Origin: Azolla caroliniana
Lineage: Eukaryota; Plantae; Polypodiophyta
Length of the DNA: 64,000 nucleotides
Direction: 5' to 3'
NCBI GenBank assembly: GCA_043228905.1
Contig: JBHGNT010000010.1
Span: forward strand, 9,114,001 to 9,178,000
A program made the position numbers and the translations under genes. Below, piece after piece: positions 13,738 through 25,216 of this stretch; the first letter of the stretch is position 1, and every line of letters starts with the position of its first letter. Below the pieces are notes generated by a model. That model ran no database searches, was not told the DNA's origin, and saw nothing but the letters and a program-made list of their open reading frames with translations.

Positions 13738-13791
13738 TGTTCTAATGGTCAAGAGCTCGACCCATATAACCTAAGGTCATGGGTTCGAGTC
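13738..13791 (+). promoter_or_regulatory. tRNA-like Pol III A-box/B-box cassette in LTR A (copy 18973-19026)
   Basis: TGTTCTAATGG, 33 nt, GGTTCGAGTC; not a complete cloverleaf. Confidence 0.65.
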
Positions 13792-13799
13792 TTGCCATA

Positions 13800-16700
13800 T
13801 CATGACACTATCCCCCCTTTAAAACGACGAGTGTCACGAGTCGTCTTGGATTGAGAACTCGGTTTGTGTGGATATTGACGATGGAAGTCTTCAAGAAGAG
13901 CACGAGCATTGGTTACATTCTCGATCGGTTCCCAAGTACGTTCGCTGGGACTATAGCCTAGCCAATCGACTAGATAGTAGAGCTTGTTGCGAACAATCTT
14001 GGAATCAAGAATGGCGGCAACCTCGTACTCCGGCCCATCTTCAAGCTCGATTGGGGGTGGAGGTTGGATAAGACGTTCTGGGATGGTGCTCTCGTGGTAG
14101 GGTTCAAAGAGAGAACTATGAAACACCGGATGTATCCGAAGTTGAGGAGGTAGATCGAGACGAAAAGCAACATCATTAATCTTTCCAATAATACGGAAAG
14201 GACCTAATCGCCGATAATCCAACTTCTCACATGGGCGAGTAGTCTTGATGTGTCGTCGTAGCAACCACACCCGATCTCCAATATTAAAACTAGATGGAAG
14301 TCGATGACGATCCGCGTAAACCTTGTGTGTTTGTTGAGCTTGCTGGAGATGAGTAGATAAATCCGCTTGTATCTTGCGTAACCGCTCCAAACGATCCTCC
14401 ACGCACGGATTTGTGGACACCTTTGGGGTTTCAAGTACACTCCACCGGGGGTGACATCCCGTATAAGCATAAAATGGCGTAACTTTAGTGGATGCGTGGA
14501 TAGAGTTGTTATAGGCAAATTCGGCGAAGTGGAGAATATCTGTCCAGTCGTCCTGATGATAGCTGAGAAAACACCGCAGATACTGCTCCAACGTTTGATT
14601 TGTTCGTTCAGCTTGGCCGTCAGTTTTTGGGTGGTAGCCGGAAGAGAGGTTACAAGTGACCTTGAGCATGTTAAAAAGGTGCTTCCAGAATTTTGACACG
14701 AACTGGGGTCCACGGTCGCTGATGATACTATCGGGGAGTCCATGATGCCGACATACTTCACGCATGACAATTTCGGCAGTGTCTTCACTGGAGATCTCCT
14801 TAGTACATGGCAAGAAATGAGCCATCTTCGTATATCGATCGACCACCGTTAGAATCGCATTGAACCCCTTAGAGACTGGAAGATCTGTGATGAAGTCTAG
14901 AGCAATGGATTGCCACGGCTTGCTTGGAATTGATAATGGTTCTAATAAACCATATGGATGATGCCTTGGCATTTTCGCTCTGCAACATGTATCACAAGTC
15001 CGAACAAAATCCTCGACAAATTGTCGCATACAGGGCCACCAGAATGATCGTTGTACTAAATGTAATGTTTTAGTACTACCAAAATGCCCAGCTGTATATG
15101 TGTCATGACAGTTTTGTACTACTCGAAGGCGGCAAGAACCATTAGGAACATACAAAAGTTCTTTAAAGAAGAGTAATCCATCATGGTATTTGAATTGCCG
15201 ATAGTCCGTACCTGGTGGTTGCGACTGTGAACACGACGCTCGAGAGGGATCAATTTGTGCTAGTATAGCTTGGGCGAACGCATCTGTCTTCAAGTCTTCA
15301 CGTATGGTATCGATAACGCGGGAATCCATAGGCATGTCAAAGATTTGTGTTGCTTGTAATCGTGCCGGTCCCAAGATGACTTGTTTTTGGTTATCGAAAG
15401 CTGGCTCGCCGGGACGGGGTGCTAGATACGAACGCCGTGATAATGCATCTGCCTTCCCTTGGTGCCTCCCCGGACGATATGTAATTTTGAAGTCGAAACG
15501 CGTGAGGAAGTGGGCCCACCGAGCTTGACGTCGATTCAACACACGAGCATCCTGAAAGTAGGCAAGATTCTTGTGGTCACTAAATACGGTGACTGGATGA
15601 GAGGATCCCTCCAGAAAATGCCTCCATTACATAAAAGAATCCACTATTGCCAATAGCTCCTTATCATGGATTTCGTAGTTGATTTCGGCGGCATCAAACT
15701 TGCGTGAGTGAAAAGCCACAGGATGTAGCTTTTCATCATTCCCCTGTTGTGACAGAATGCTCCCCAATGCAAAATCCGATGCGTCAGCTTCGATAATGAA
15801 TGGTTTCTCCGGATCGACATGAGCTAGAATTGGAGCCGATGTAAATGCTTTTTTAAGACTCTCGAAAGCCATGTCCGTTTCTTCAGACCAGGTGAACGGT
15901 TGTCCCTTCCTGGTAAGTTGTGTGAGAGGTAGAACGATCTTTGAGTAATCCTGTATGAACTTCCGGTAAAAATTGGCAAAGCCTAAGAAGCATTGCACAT
16001 CCCGTACCGAACGCGGAGTCTGCCATTCTACCACCGTTCTGACCTTAGCTGGGTCCATGGAGATGCCTTCTGACGAAATGATGTAGCCGAGAAATTCCAC
16101 TTGGTTGCACCCGAAACTACATTTTTCTAGCTTTGCATACAGACCATGTTCTCGAAGTCGTTTTAGTACTAATAGTACATGAGAATCATGTTCTTCTTGG
16201 GTCTTTGAATAAACCAGTAGATCATCCAAATAGATGATCAAACAATCATCCAATAGATCTCGGAATATATCATTAGCCATGTGCTGGAAGACTGCCGACG
16301 CATTAGTGAGGCCAAACGGCATGACAGTATACTCGAAGTGCCCATATCTGGTGCGAAACGCGGTCTTCCATTCGTCTCCTGGTCGGATCCGTACGAGGTT
16401 ATATGCTCCCCGTAAGTCGATCTTCGTGAAGAACCTGGCACCATTGATCCGTTCTAAAAGACTTGAGATAAGGGGAAGAGCATACCTATTCCTGATTGTA
16501 ACCTTATTCAAGCCACGGTAATCTACAACGAGACGAAGCGATCCATCTTTTTTCTTGACGAAGAAAATGGGCGCACCGACTGGAGATTTCGAATGCCGAA
16601 TGAAACCATTTTCCAAATTCTCCTCTATATAGGCCCGAAGGACTTCTAGCTCGGTTGGTGACAAATTGTAGATCGGTCCCCATGGCGGCTCTTTTCCCGG

Positions 16701-17390
16701 TTGTAAATCGATGGGGCAATCGTACGGTCGATGATGAGGAAGTGTGTTGGCTTGTACTTTATCGAACACATCGGTGTAATGGCGATACTTCTCGGGAAGT
16801 TGAACGGTGGATTCTTCTTTAGTGGTGTTGGAGGGGTTTACTGATATTGCAAAGAGGAACATTTCCTCCTTGTGCCCTTCTTTACGCAACTGACGTAGCG
16901 AAATGGTTGCCATCTTCTGAGTTGACCCTTGGGTTTGTCGACACCGGATTTCTCTTGTTCTCCAATCTATGTCAGGGTTATGTAACTCGAACCACGGTAG
17001 TCCTAAAACTATAGGATGTTCTGGGATACTAATAATATTAAATGATATTACACATACTAAGTTATCTAGGACAATATTAATGGGCTCTGACTCTTCTAGG
17101 ATATTTCCGGAAGCAATGGGACGTCCATCAATGACTACTACAGAGGCTGGACACTGGAGTTTTCTTAGGGATATCTTATGAGCTTGAGCAAATTTCTTAT
17201 CCATAAAGCAAGAGTTAGCTCCGGAATCTAGGAGTGCTAGGACATGTACTGGAGGGGTACTTTTAGTACTAACTATTACTTGGGCTACGAACACATCACT
17301 AACTTGCTTAGAGGGAATGGAACCACTAATGGGCTGCACAGATCTAGGGCTGTCCAACCAAACGGCTCCTATTTTGGCTGGACTTAGTCG
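13800..17390 (-). pseudogene. pol: Pol of chromovirus A (PR-RT-RNaseH-IN-chromodomain) with a single in-frame TAA at 15627-15629
   Basis: ALLDSGA, YLDD, EADASDF, HHCC zinc finger, SDRGPQF, GQAERTNQ, GPF, chromodomain YEVAAILD..YYLVDWLGY..TWEP; ORFs 15627-17357 and 13800-15542 share one frame. Confidence 0.93.
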
Positions 17391-18535
17391 TTTAACTCTT
17401 CTTCTAACTGACTAAGGACATCAAATTTGTTTGCTAGATCTGGGATATTAGTACTATTAGGACTATCAGATATCCCTACTGAAATAGGTTCGGATTTAGT
17501 ACAATTAGAACTAGCGACTATTTGGTTTACCTGTCTTCTTGGCCTATGGGGGCAATTTATTGCGATATGTCCTGGTCCACCGCAGTAAAGACATAGTCGA
17601 TTTGTACGGCGTCGCTGCTTTTCTTCTTCGGATAATGGCCCTCGACGACGTGTAGTGTCAATCTCCATCGGAGTCGGAGTATTCGCTGGAGACGCATTAT
17701 ATGACTCCCTCGGAAAAGGTCTTGCTACCACTGAGGCGTAGGTGGGCTCTGATCTTGCCCTCAGCATCTGTAGCTGTCGTTCCGAACGTCGCTCAAAGAG
17801 GCGGTTGTCACATCTCACCGCGCGACTGATTGCTTCTGTTAAGGACTTTGGCTCTTCGGGGAAGGTCAAGAGTAAATCCTTGACGTCGTTGCGTAAACCA
17901 TAACGGAATTGCTCCATCAACGCTTGATCATCCCAAGGGATATCGGCGGCGAGTAGGCGAAAATCTACAGCGTATGCGGAGGCTGGACGGTCACCTTGGC
18001 GTAATCGCCGGATTTTGTTGATTGCGGTCCTAATGCTGTCAGTATCTCCGAAACATGCTTTAAACTCACCTAGAAACTCTTCAAAATTGTTGAGTAATGG
18101 AGATTCCTTTTCTAATAGTGGAGCGAACCATGACAACGCTGAGCCACTTAACAAAGTGCCTACTAAACCCACTCGTGATGCATCGGTGGGATATCGGGAA
18201 GGATGCATTTGAATAACTAATCGTACCTGGTTAAGGAACCCTCTAAACTGCGATCGCGTTCCATCGAACTTCGTGGGAAGGCCAATCTTAGGTTCTTTAT
18301 GAATCCCTTGTGTTCCGGGCCCATGTTGTTGCATCGCTACGATGGTGGCTTCGAGTTGTTGCACGCGTAACGCAAGTTCCCCATGTTGTTGTTGCGTTTG
18401 CTGCTTTTCTAAGGAGATTTGCTGAAGATCCCCCAGCAACCGTTGGTTTTCTTGTTCCAAAGCATGGAACTTCTCCTTCAAGCATTGGAATTCCGAGAAA
18501 ACAGAGTGATATTCTTCAGCGCTAACAGTGGCCAT
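17384..18535 (-). CDS. gag: Gag of chromovirus A (383 aa, intact)
   Basis: Open ORF with retrotransposon gag domain, QG motif, PTPMEID, CLYCGGPGHIAINC zinc knuckle. Confidence 0.93.
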   Translation of the reverse strand: MATVSAEEYHSVFSEFQCLKEKFHALEQENQRLLGDLQQISLEKQQTQQQHGELALRVQQLEATIVAMQQHGPGTQGIHKEPKIGLPTKFDGTRSQFRGFLNQVRLVIQMHPSRYPTDASRVGLVGTLLSGSALSWFAPLLEKESPLLNNFEEFLGEFKACFGDTDSIRTAINKIRRLRQGDRPASAYAVDFRLLAADIPWDDQALMEQFRYGLRNDVKDLLLTFPEEPKSLTEAISRAVRCDNRLFERRSERQLQMLRARSEPTYASVVARPFPRESYNASPANTPTPMEIDTTRRRGPLSEEEKQRRRTNRLCLYCGGPGHIAINCPHRPRRQVNQIVASSNCTKSEPISVGISDSPNSTNIPDLANKFDVLSQLEEELND

Positions 18536-18712
18536 GGGATGAAAGAAAAGAGGAATAAAAGATTAGTAGGAAATGAGAGAGACAGAAGGGTGAAAAATTG
18601 GTTCAAACTGTCATGAACAGTACTGAGACAGAGAAGGAATTAGTACTAAACGAAGGATTAGTACTATGAGAGGTGTGGAACTTCTTCGAGAGAAGGAAGA
18701 AGTGAGCGAGAC

Positions 18713-18744
<32 letters not shown>

Positions 18745-19106
18745 TGATGATAAGAAAGATATTTATTATATGAAGAGAATATACAACGGTGGCTAAAAGG
18801 CTTAAGACTGGCGTTGAACCAATTTGATTCAACATAATGCCTAGTGCCCTCTTTTATAGTGTTTTCAGGAGTAGTCCTGAAGCTTCTAGAATGTTCCAGA
18901 GAAATCTGGAATATACACTAATTTCCTATAATAAAATGTAAATGAAAATAATATCCTACGTATTACAATAGATGTTCTAATGGTCAAGAGCTCGACCCAT
19001 ATAACCTAAGGTCATGGGTTTGAGTCTTGCCATATCATGACACCATGCATGTCTAGAAATTTTACATGGGATAAAGTTTAGTATAACTTTAAAATTCATA
19101 ATACAC

Positions 19107-19159
19107 TAGTATAATGATAAGGCTTAACATTATTAACATGGAGGTGCAAGGTTCGATTC
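19107..19159 (+). promoter_or_regulatory. tRNA-like A-box/B-box cassette in LTR C (copy 25052-25103)
   Basis: TAGTATAATGA, 32 nt, GGTTCGATTC. Confidence 0.65.
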
Positions 19160-19684
19160 TTGCCCTATGCATGTAATATATAATTTTATACTTTCTTCTA
19201 TTTACAAATATGTCTCTTCATCTGGTGAGAGACTCTCACCGGCCTTCTTCATCCGGCTCTTGCCGGTTCTGCTTCATCCGGTTCTCGCCGGTTTTCTTTA
19301 TCCTGTTCTTACCGGATCCTTCTTACCGGTCCTCTTCGTCCATTTCTCACCGACTCTCACCGGCCTTCTTCATCCGGCTCTTGTCGGTCTCCTTACCGGT
19401 TTCAGTCCTCACCGGTTCTTCCTTCCGGTTCTCACTGGGTACTCCATATCCTATTCGGAGAAACCAAAAATGTAATTTTTCACGTAGTGTGCGAATTACA
19501 CTACGACACTCGCCCCCTCCGAACCCGCACATCCTCCGGTATGTGCCAAAGTCCCCAATGCTTGCTATTCACCTTCATCCGAAGCTTCCTCCAATTCTCC
19601 CCTTAAGTTGACTATGAGTTGTAATCCACTTTCCTCGCTTCCCGCATCACCGCGATCTTCGTCCGATTGCTCCTTCTTCGTCCG

Positions 19685-22647
19685 TGAAGTGGACATTAAA
19701 CTACCAGAGAAATACAAGAAGTTTTCAGATGTCTTTGATAAGGTGAAGGCCAATACATTGCCGGAGCATTGGTCATACGACTACCCTATTGACTTACAAC
19801 TAGGGAAAGAACCTCCATGGGGCACAATTTATAATCTCTCCCGTGTAGAGCTAGAGACTTTGCGGGAATATATTGATGAGAATCTGGCAAACGGATTCAT
19901 TCGGCATTCTAGATCCCCTGCTGGTGCACCTATCTTCTTCGTTAAGAAGAAGAATGGGACTCTGCGGTTGGTCGTGGATTATCGAGGGCTAAACAAAGTG
20001 ACTATCTGGAATAGATATGCTCTACCATTAATCCCGAATCTTTTGGAACGTCTCAGTGGTGCAAAATATTTCATGAATTTGGACCTTCGCGGAGCATATA
20101 ATCTAGTTTGGATTCGCTCGGGGGATGAATGGAAGACAGCTTTCCGCACTCGCTATGCACATTTTGAGTATACAGTGATGCCATTCGGTCTCACGAATGC
20201 ACCTGCTGTTTTCCAAGATATGGCGAACGATATTTTTCGAGATTTTCTTGATATCTTCACTATAGTTTACCTAGATGATATTTTAATCTACTCAAAGACC
20301 CAAGAGGAGCATGACGAACATGTTCGTCAGGTATTGCGTCGACTCCGCGAATATGGTCTCTACACAAAATTAGAAAAGTGTAGTTTTGGCTAGAATCAAG
20401 TGGAATTTTTGGGGTATGTTGTATCGTCAAATGGTATTGCTATGGACCCCATGAAGGTACAAGCAATTTTAGAGTGGCAAACGCCCCTTTCAGTGCGTGA
20501 TGTGCAATGTTTTCTCGGGTTTGCAAATTTTTATCGAAAATTTATTAAAGATTATTCCAAGGTTGTGCTTCCGCTACTCAGCTCACACATAAAGATCAAC
20601 CATTTATATGGAGTTCAGATGTAGCCAAGGCATTCGAAAGCTTAAAACGAGCATTTACAACAACACCTATCTTAGCACATGTCGACCCAACAAAACGCTT
20701 CATCCTCGAAGCTGATGCATCCGATTTTGCACTAGGGAGTGTCCTCTCGTAGATTGGAGATGATGGACGGCTACATCATGTCGCCTTTCATTCACAAAAG
20801 TTTGAACCTGCAGAGATCAACTACGAGATCCATGACAAAGAGCTTCTTGCAATCGTGGATTCATTTCAACAATGGTGACATTTTCTAGAAGGTTCTTCTC
20901 AGCAGATCATTTTCTACAATGATCATAAGAACCTGACTTATTTCCAAAATGCTCGAGTCTTGAGTAGGCGACAAGCCCGGTGGGCGCAATTTTTGACTCA
21001 CTTCGACTTTATCATCATATATCGCCCTGGGATGCAGCAAGGCAAATCATATGCTCTTTCTCGGCATTCTTATATGGAACTTCGTCCAGGGAACTTGCAT
21101 TTGAGCATAAAAAACAAATCCTTTTGGGTCCTAATCGATTACGATTAATGGTAGTTAACGCCATAACAACTCTTGAAAATTCCACTCTTCTTGATTCCAT
21201 TCGAGATCATATGGCCACTGATGATTTCGCCAAGGATGTTTTGGATCATATCGTCCCGGATCGTGCTTCTTGCTCACGGTCGAAAAATCCTCGTAATGAC
21301 TATTGTCAGTTCTATTGGCATGGTGGTCTTCTATTTCGACAAAATCTATTGTATGTTCCTGATGGTCCCCCACGGCTACAAGTTTTACAACATTGCCATG
21401 ACTCACCAATGGCTGGTCATTTTGGAGTTCAAAAGACTCTAGAATTAATTTCTCGACGCTATTGGTGGCCTCGCCTTCGTCATTTTGTTGAGGAGTATCT
21501 TCGGAGTTGTGATATATGTTGTCGATCAAAGAGTCCTCGTCACCGATCCTATGGCTTACTACAACCACTTCCCATTCCGGAAACTCCTTGAAAGTCTATA
21601 TCCTTGGACTTCATTACTGGTCTCCCAGTTTCAAAAGGTTTTGATGCAATTCTCACAGTGGATGATCGATTTACCAAAATGGAACATTTCTTGCCATGTA
21701 CAAAGTCGATTACTAGTCAAGAGGCGGCTGATCTCGTTATGCGGGAGGTATTTAAGCATCATGGTCTGCCGGATGATATTATTAGTGATCGTGGTCCACA
21801 ATTCATCTCAAAGTTTTGGAAGCACATGTTCAAACTTCTCCACATTTCGGTTAAGCTTTCTTCGGGCTATCATCCCGAAACAAATGGCCAAACTGAGCGT
21901 ACCAACCAGACATTGGAACAATATCTTCGTTGTTTCATCAACTATCAACAAGATGATTGGGTTGATTTTTTGCACTTGGCGGAATTCGCTTACAACAACT
22001 CAACCCATTCTTCTACAGGATATTCCCCATTTTTCGCAAATACGGGCTGTCATCCTCAATGGACGATGAATGTGCATCCAGACGTTCCTACCAACCCTGC
22101 TGTCGAGGATCGTCTTAGTCGCCTCCAAGAAATTCAAGCTAACATTGTCCACAATTTGCACGATGCTCAATTTACACACAGGAGGCTTGCCGATCGTCAT
22201 CGTCTAGACTCCTCAAAAAAGTTCTGCATTGGGGATCATGTATGGCTTCTCCAACACAACATCAAGACCACTCGACCTTGCAGTAAATTGGATTACCAAC
22301 GTTTTGGCTCTTACATGATCATTGGTAAGATAAGTGATGTTGCATTTCGTCTTGACCTCCCTCCGCACATGCATCTTCATCCGGTGTTTCACGTATCCCT
22401 TTTGGAACCTTATACTACAAGTTCAATTCCGGGCCGTCTTATGACACCCCCACCACCTATCAAGTTCTTGGACGGGCTTGAATTTGAAGTTGCTGCCGTT
22501 CTCGATTCTAAAATCGTGCGCAACAAGCTGTATTACTTAGTTGATTGGCTAGGCTATACCCCCAATGATCGAACTTGGGAACCTGCCGCAAATCTTTCCA
22601 ATGTTGCAGAACTCGTCAATGCATTTCGAAGGGGGATAGTGTCATGA
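19685..22647 (+). pseudogene. pol: RT-RNaseH-integrase-chromodomain of chromovirus B
   Basis: YLDD, LEADASDF, SDRGPQF, FEVAAVLD..YYLVDWLGY..TWEP; several stops and frameshifts. Confidence 0.92.
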
Positions 22648-22701
22648 TAACACTCAGATCATGCATCAAAAGGATCATGACACTCACATTATGACTCGAA
22701 A

Positions 22702-22756
22702 GGATTTGAACCCACAACCTTGTTGTACATATGTCAAATCCTTAACCATTGTATTA
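22702..22756 (-). promoter_or_regulatory. tRNA-like A-box/B-box cassette in LTR B (copy 10752-10806)
   Basis: TAATACAATGG, 33 nt, GGTTCAAATCC on the minus strand. Confidence 0.6.
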
Positions 22757-24400
22757 ATATTCTTATATGTATAGTTTTTAGAATATGAAATCTAATATCA
22801 TAGGAATATTCTATATTACTCTACATTCTAAAATGACCTAGAATATTATAGAGTGTTCTATACCACTAGAACCTTCTAGAATACTCTAGAGATCTTCTAG
22901 ATTACTCTACATTCTAGGATAACCTAGAATATTCTAGAGTGTTCTCTATTACTTATAAATAGGGATCTACCACCCATCCTAAACCTAAATTGGTTCAACG
23001 CCATTTTGTATCCTACTCTTTGTAATCCATTTTACTCTTCAATATAATAATTCTCTTTCAATTATCTATCTACCTCTCTTTCTCTCTCTCAGTCTTGATA
23101 GGAATGAAGGGAAAGAAGATGCATCAAGATGGTGGGATGTTCAACTAAACAGAGAAGATTGTATTGCCAACATTTCCATCTCCCATCTCAAGGAAAAGGA
23201 TTGGCTAATAAGAAGACGCACCCGGTTTTTGGATTCGGTTCGACAAGACACATCGACTACATCCCAAGAAGATCAAAGAAGGAGATTGGGTATTGTTCTA
23301 CAACAACAACCTTGACAACCAAAACAGGACAGCAAGAAAGTTCGCAAGAAGGTGGTTTGGACGGTAAGTGGTGACAAGTGCTAATGACAACGCCACTTAC
23401 CACCTCATGGAGCATGACAGATCAAGGCTGGCCATACCCATTGCGGGGAAAGATCTTCAAGAAAAGAAAAGAAGGATCCTGACCTCGATGATTGGTCAAT
23501 GAGGACGTGGAGGAAATTGATTAATCACCGTAGCTGAAATCTCACTCTTTCTTCTTGGCACGTACCAGAGGATGTGTGGTTTGGTGGGGGTGGATGTCGT
23601 GAAGATTTTCGGCAACTGTGTGAAAATTGCGTGGAATGGAGAAAATCGAGAAGGTGCAATGTGCACACGAATGAAAGGGGTGATGGTTACACTCGTACGT
23701 TAGTATATTTTATATATGAATGAAATGAGAACCCCTAAGGCCTAGTAACATTTTTGTGCATACCAAGGGGTGTAACTAAGGTTTGAACTTGCACCTCCAA
23801 GATAGGACACAATTGACTTGCCATTAGACTAAATTGTTTCTTTAAGTTATACTTTCATCATTGTATTATTCATGTGTAAATGCTCATATATGAGAGCTTG
23901 AATGAGTGACATGGTCATCATGCATCACATGTAATGCATGAGCGCCAAATGGCAATCATGCATCGCATGCGTTCCATGCATTGTATGCATGTCTTGTACC
24001 CTCACATGCATCATATGCATGGGGGCATCTATAAAAGAAAGCAAGCAAAAGAATTTAGGGGGGGGGGGGGGGGGGAGGATCAAGCTATGCATTGAATCAA
24101 GATCTTAATAAGAAAAAACCTAGTTATGTTATTGGTGATGTGTCTTGTTTCTCAACATTGAAGTCAAGGGTTCAAACCCAGAATTGGAATTTCCGTCACT
24201 CTCTCTCACTCTCTCTCAGCCACATTAGTGTGTCACTTTGGCTACCCCAATTTCATTTTGTGTGGTCATTCACTCTATCTCTAGAATTCTCGTAAAGAAG
24301 TAGCTAGCACCGGAAAAGATCCTTTCATCGTCGTCGTCGCCCACTAAAATGTTGCGCACCACCGCATTACTGCCTCCTACACATCAATCCACCATACCGC

Positions 24401-25216
24401 TGTCGTGCCTTTCGGCGCCGGATCGTTGTGTGAGTCGGGTGGGAACCGCCGGGGTTTTGGACTAGGAGGAGGAGAGTTTTTTAAGGCTAATAAGAATATA
24501 AATAGATTATAAGGAAGAGAGATAGAAAACTTGTGAATCCCACAAGTATAATGTATTTTAATAATCAATATTTAGATAATAATATGAAATTAGAATGAAA
24601 GAGATAGATATAGAAACCTTGTGAATCCCACGAGTATAGTTTATTTCGTGAATCCCACGAATATAATTTATTAATTGGTGTTATTAGAAGTATATTCAAT
24701 TTCCAAAGTTTTCACACATAATTTATTTATTTATTTTTCTCCCTTATTACATTGTGCTCCCATCCTTATATAGTGATAAGAGAGTCTTATCAATCCATGC
24801 TTTTTCTCTAACTTAACAACTTCATGCTTTTTCTATTAATAAATAGATTATATGCTTTCTCTAACGTGCTTTTCCTAAAAGTGATCATGCGTTATTTATG
24901 AACTATAGTGTCCATGCACGCTAGATGTGCATGTATAGCCTTTTCATTTATCATGCATTTTCTTCTAACTAAAGCTTTTTTTATCTAGAAAATATACGTG
25001 GAAAAAACCTTTCTATGTGGGATATTTGTTTTTCTAACACTTATGATGTGTTAGTGTAATGATACGGTGTCAAATTATTAACATGGAGGTACAAGGTTCC
25101 AATAGACTTGCCCTATGCATGTAATATATATTTTAATATTTTCTTTTATTTCTTCATATTTATTGAATCTAGTACTCTATATGTTTTTCACGTAGTGTAC
25201 GAAATACAGTACGACA
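24401..25216 (-). mobile_element. Solo LTR of family C inserted in the 3' LTR of D; 4-bp TSD CCGC
   Basis: TGTCGTG...TACGACA; CCGC on both sides; the uninterrupted site is visible in the 5' LTR of D near 8550. Confidence 0.85.

Larger units (their letters stand above)
13374..19042 (-). mobile_element. Young, near-intact chromovirus 'A' (Tcn1/Tf1-like); 434-bp LTRs 13374-13807 and 18609-19042; TSD CCATG
   Basis: TGTCATGA..TCATGACA termini; only 2 LTR differences seen; CCATG at 13369-13373 and 19043-19047; PPT AAAGGGGGGATAG. Confidence 0.96.
12944..19680 (-). mobile_element. Truncated Gypsy 'C': 3' LTR (12944-13373 plus 19043-19508), PPT and about 170 bp of internal sequence; host of element A
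   Basis: TGTCATGCC...CTACGACA termini homologous to solo LTR 24401-25216; PPT GGAGGGGGCGAG on the minus strand at 19509-19520. Confidence 0.78.
10694..23100 (+). mobile_element. Chromovirus (Tcn1/Tf1-like Ty3/Gypsy) 'B', full length but decayed; LTRs 10694-11161 and 22640-23100; TSD GGAAT
   Basis: GGAAT at 10689-10693 and 23101-23105; PPT GAAGGGGGATAG; gag-PR-RT-RH-IN-chromodomain order; interrupted at 12944-19680. Confidence 0.93.

Noticed and set aside
13738-13800. Functional tRNA gene
   Set aside because: A/B boxes are present, but there is no convincing acceptor or anticodon stem and the sequence is an integral part of an LTR, so it is reported as a tRNA-like cassette
15627-15629. Programmed stop-codon readthrough in pol
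   Set aside because: Paralogues B and I have a sense codon here; a simple C>T nonsense mutation is more likely
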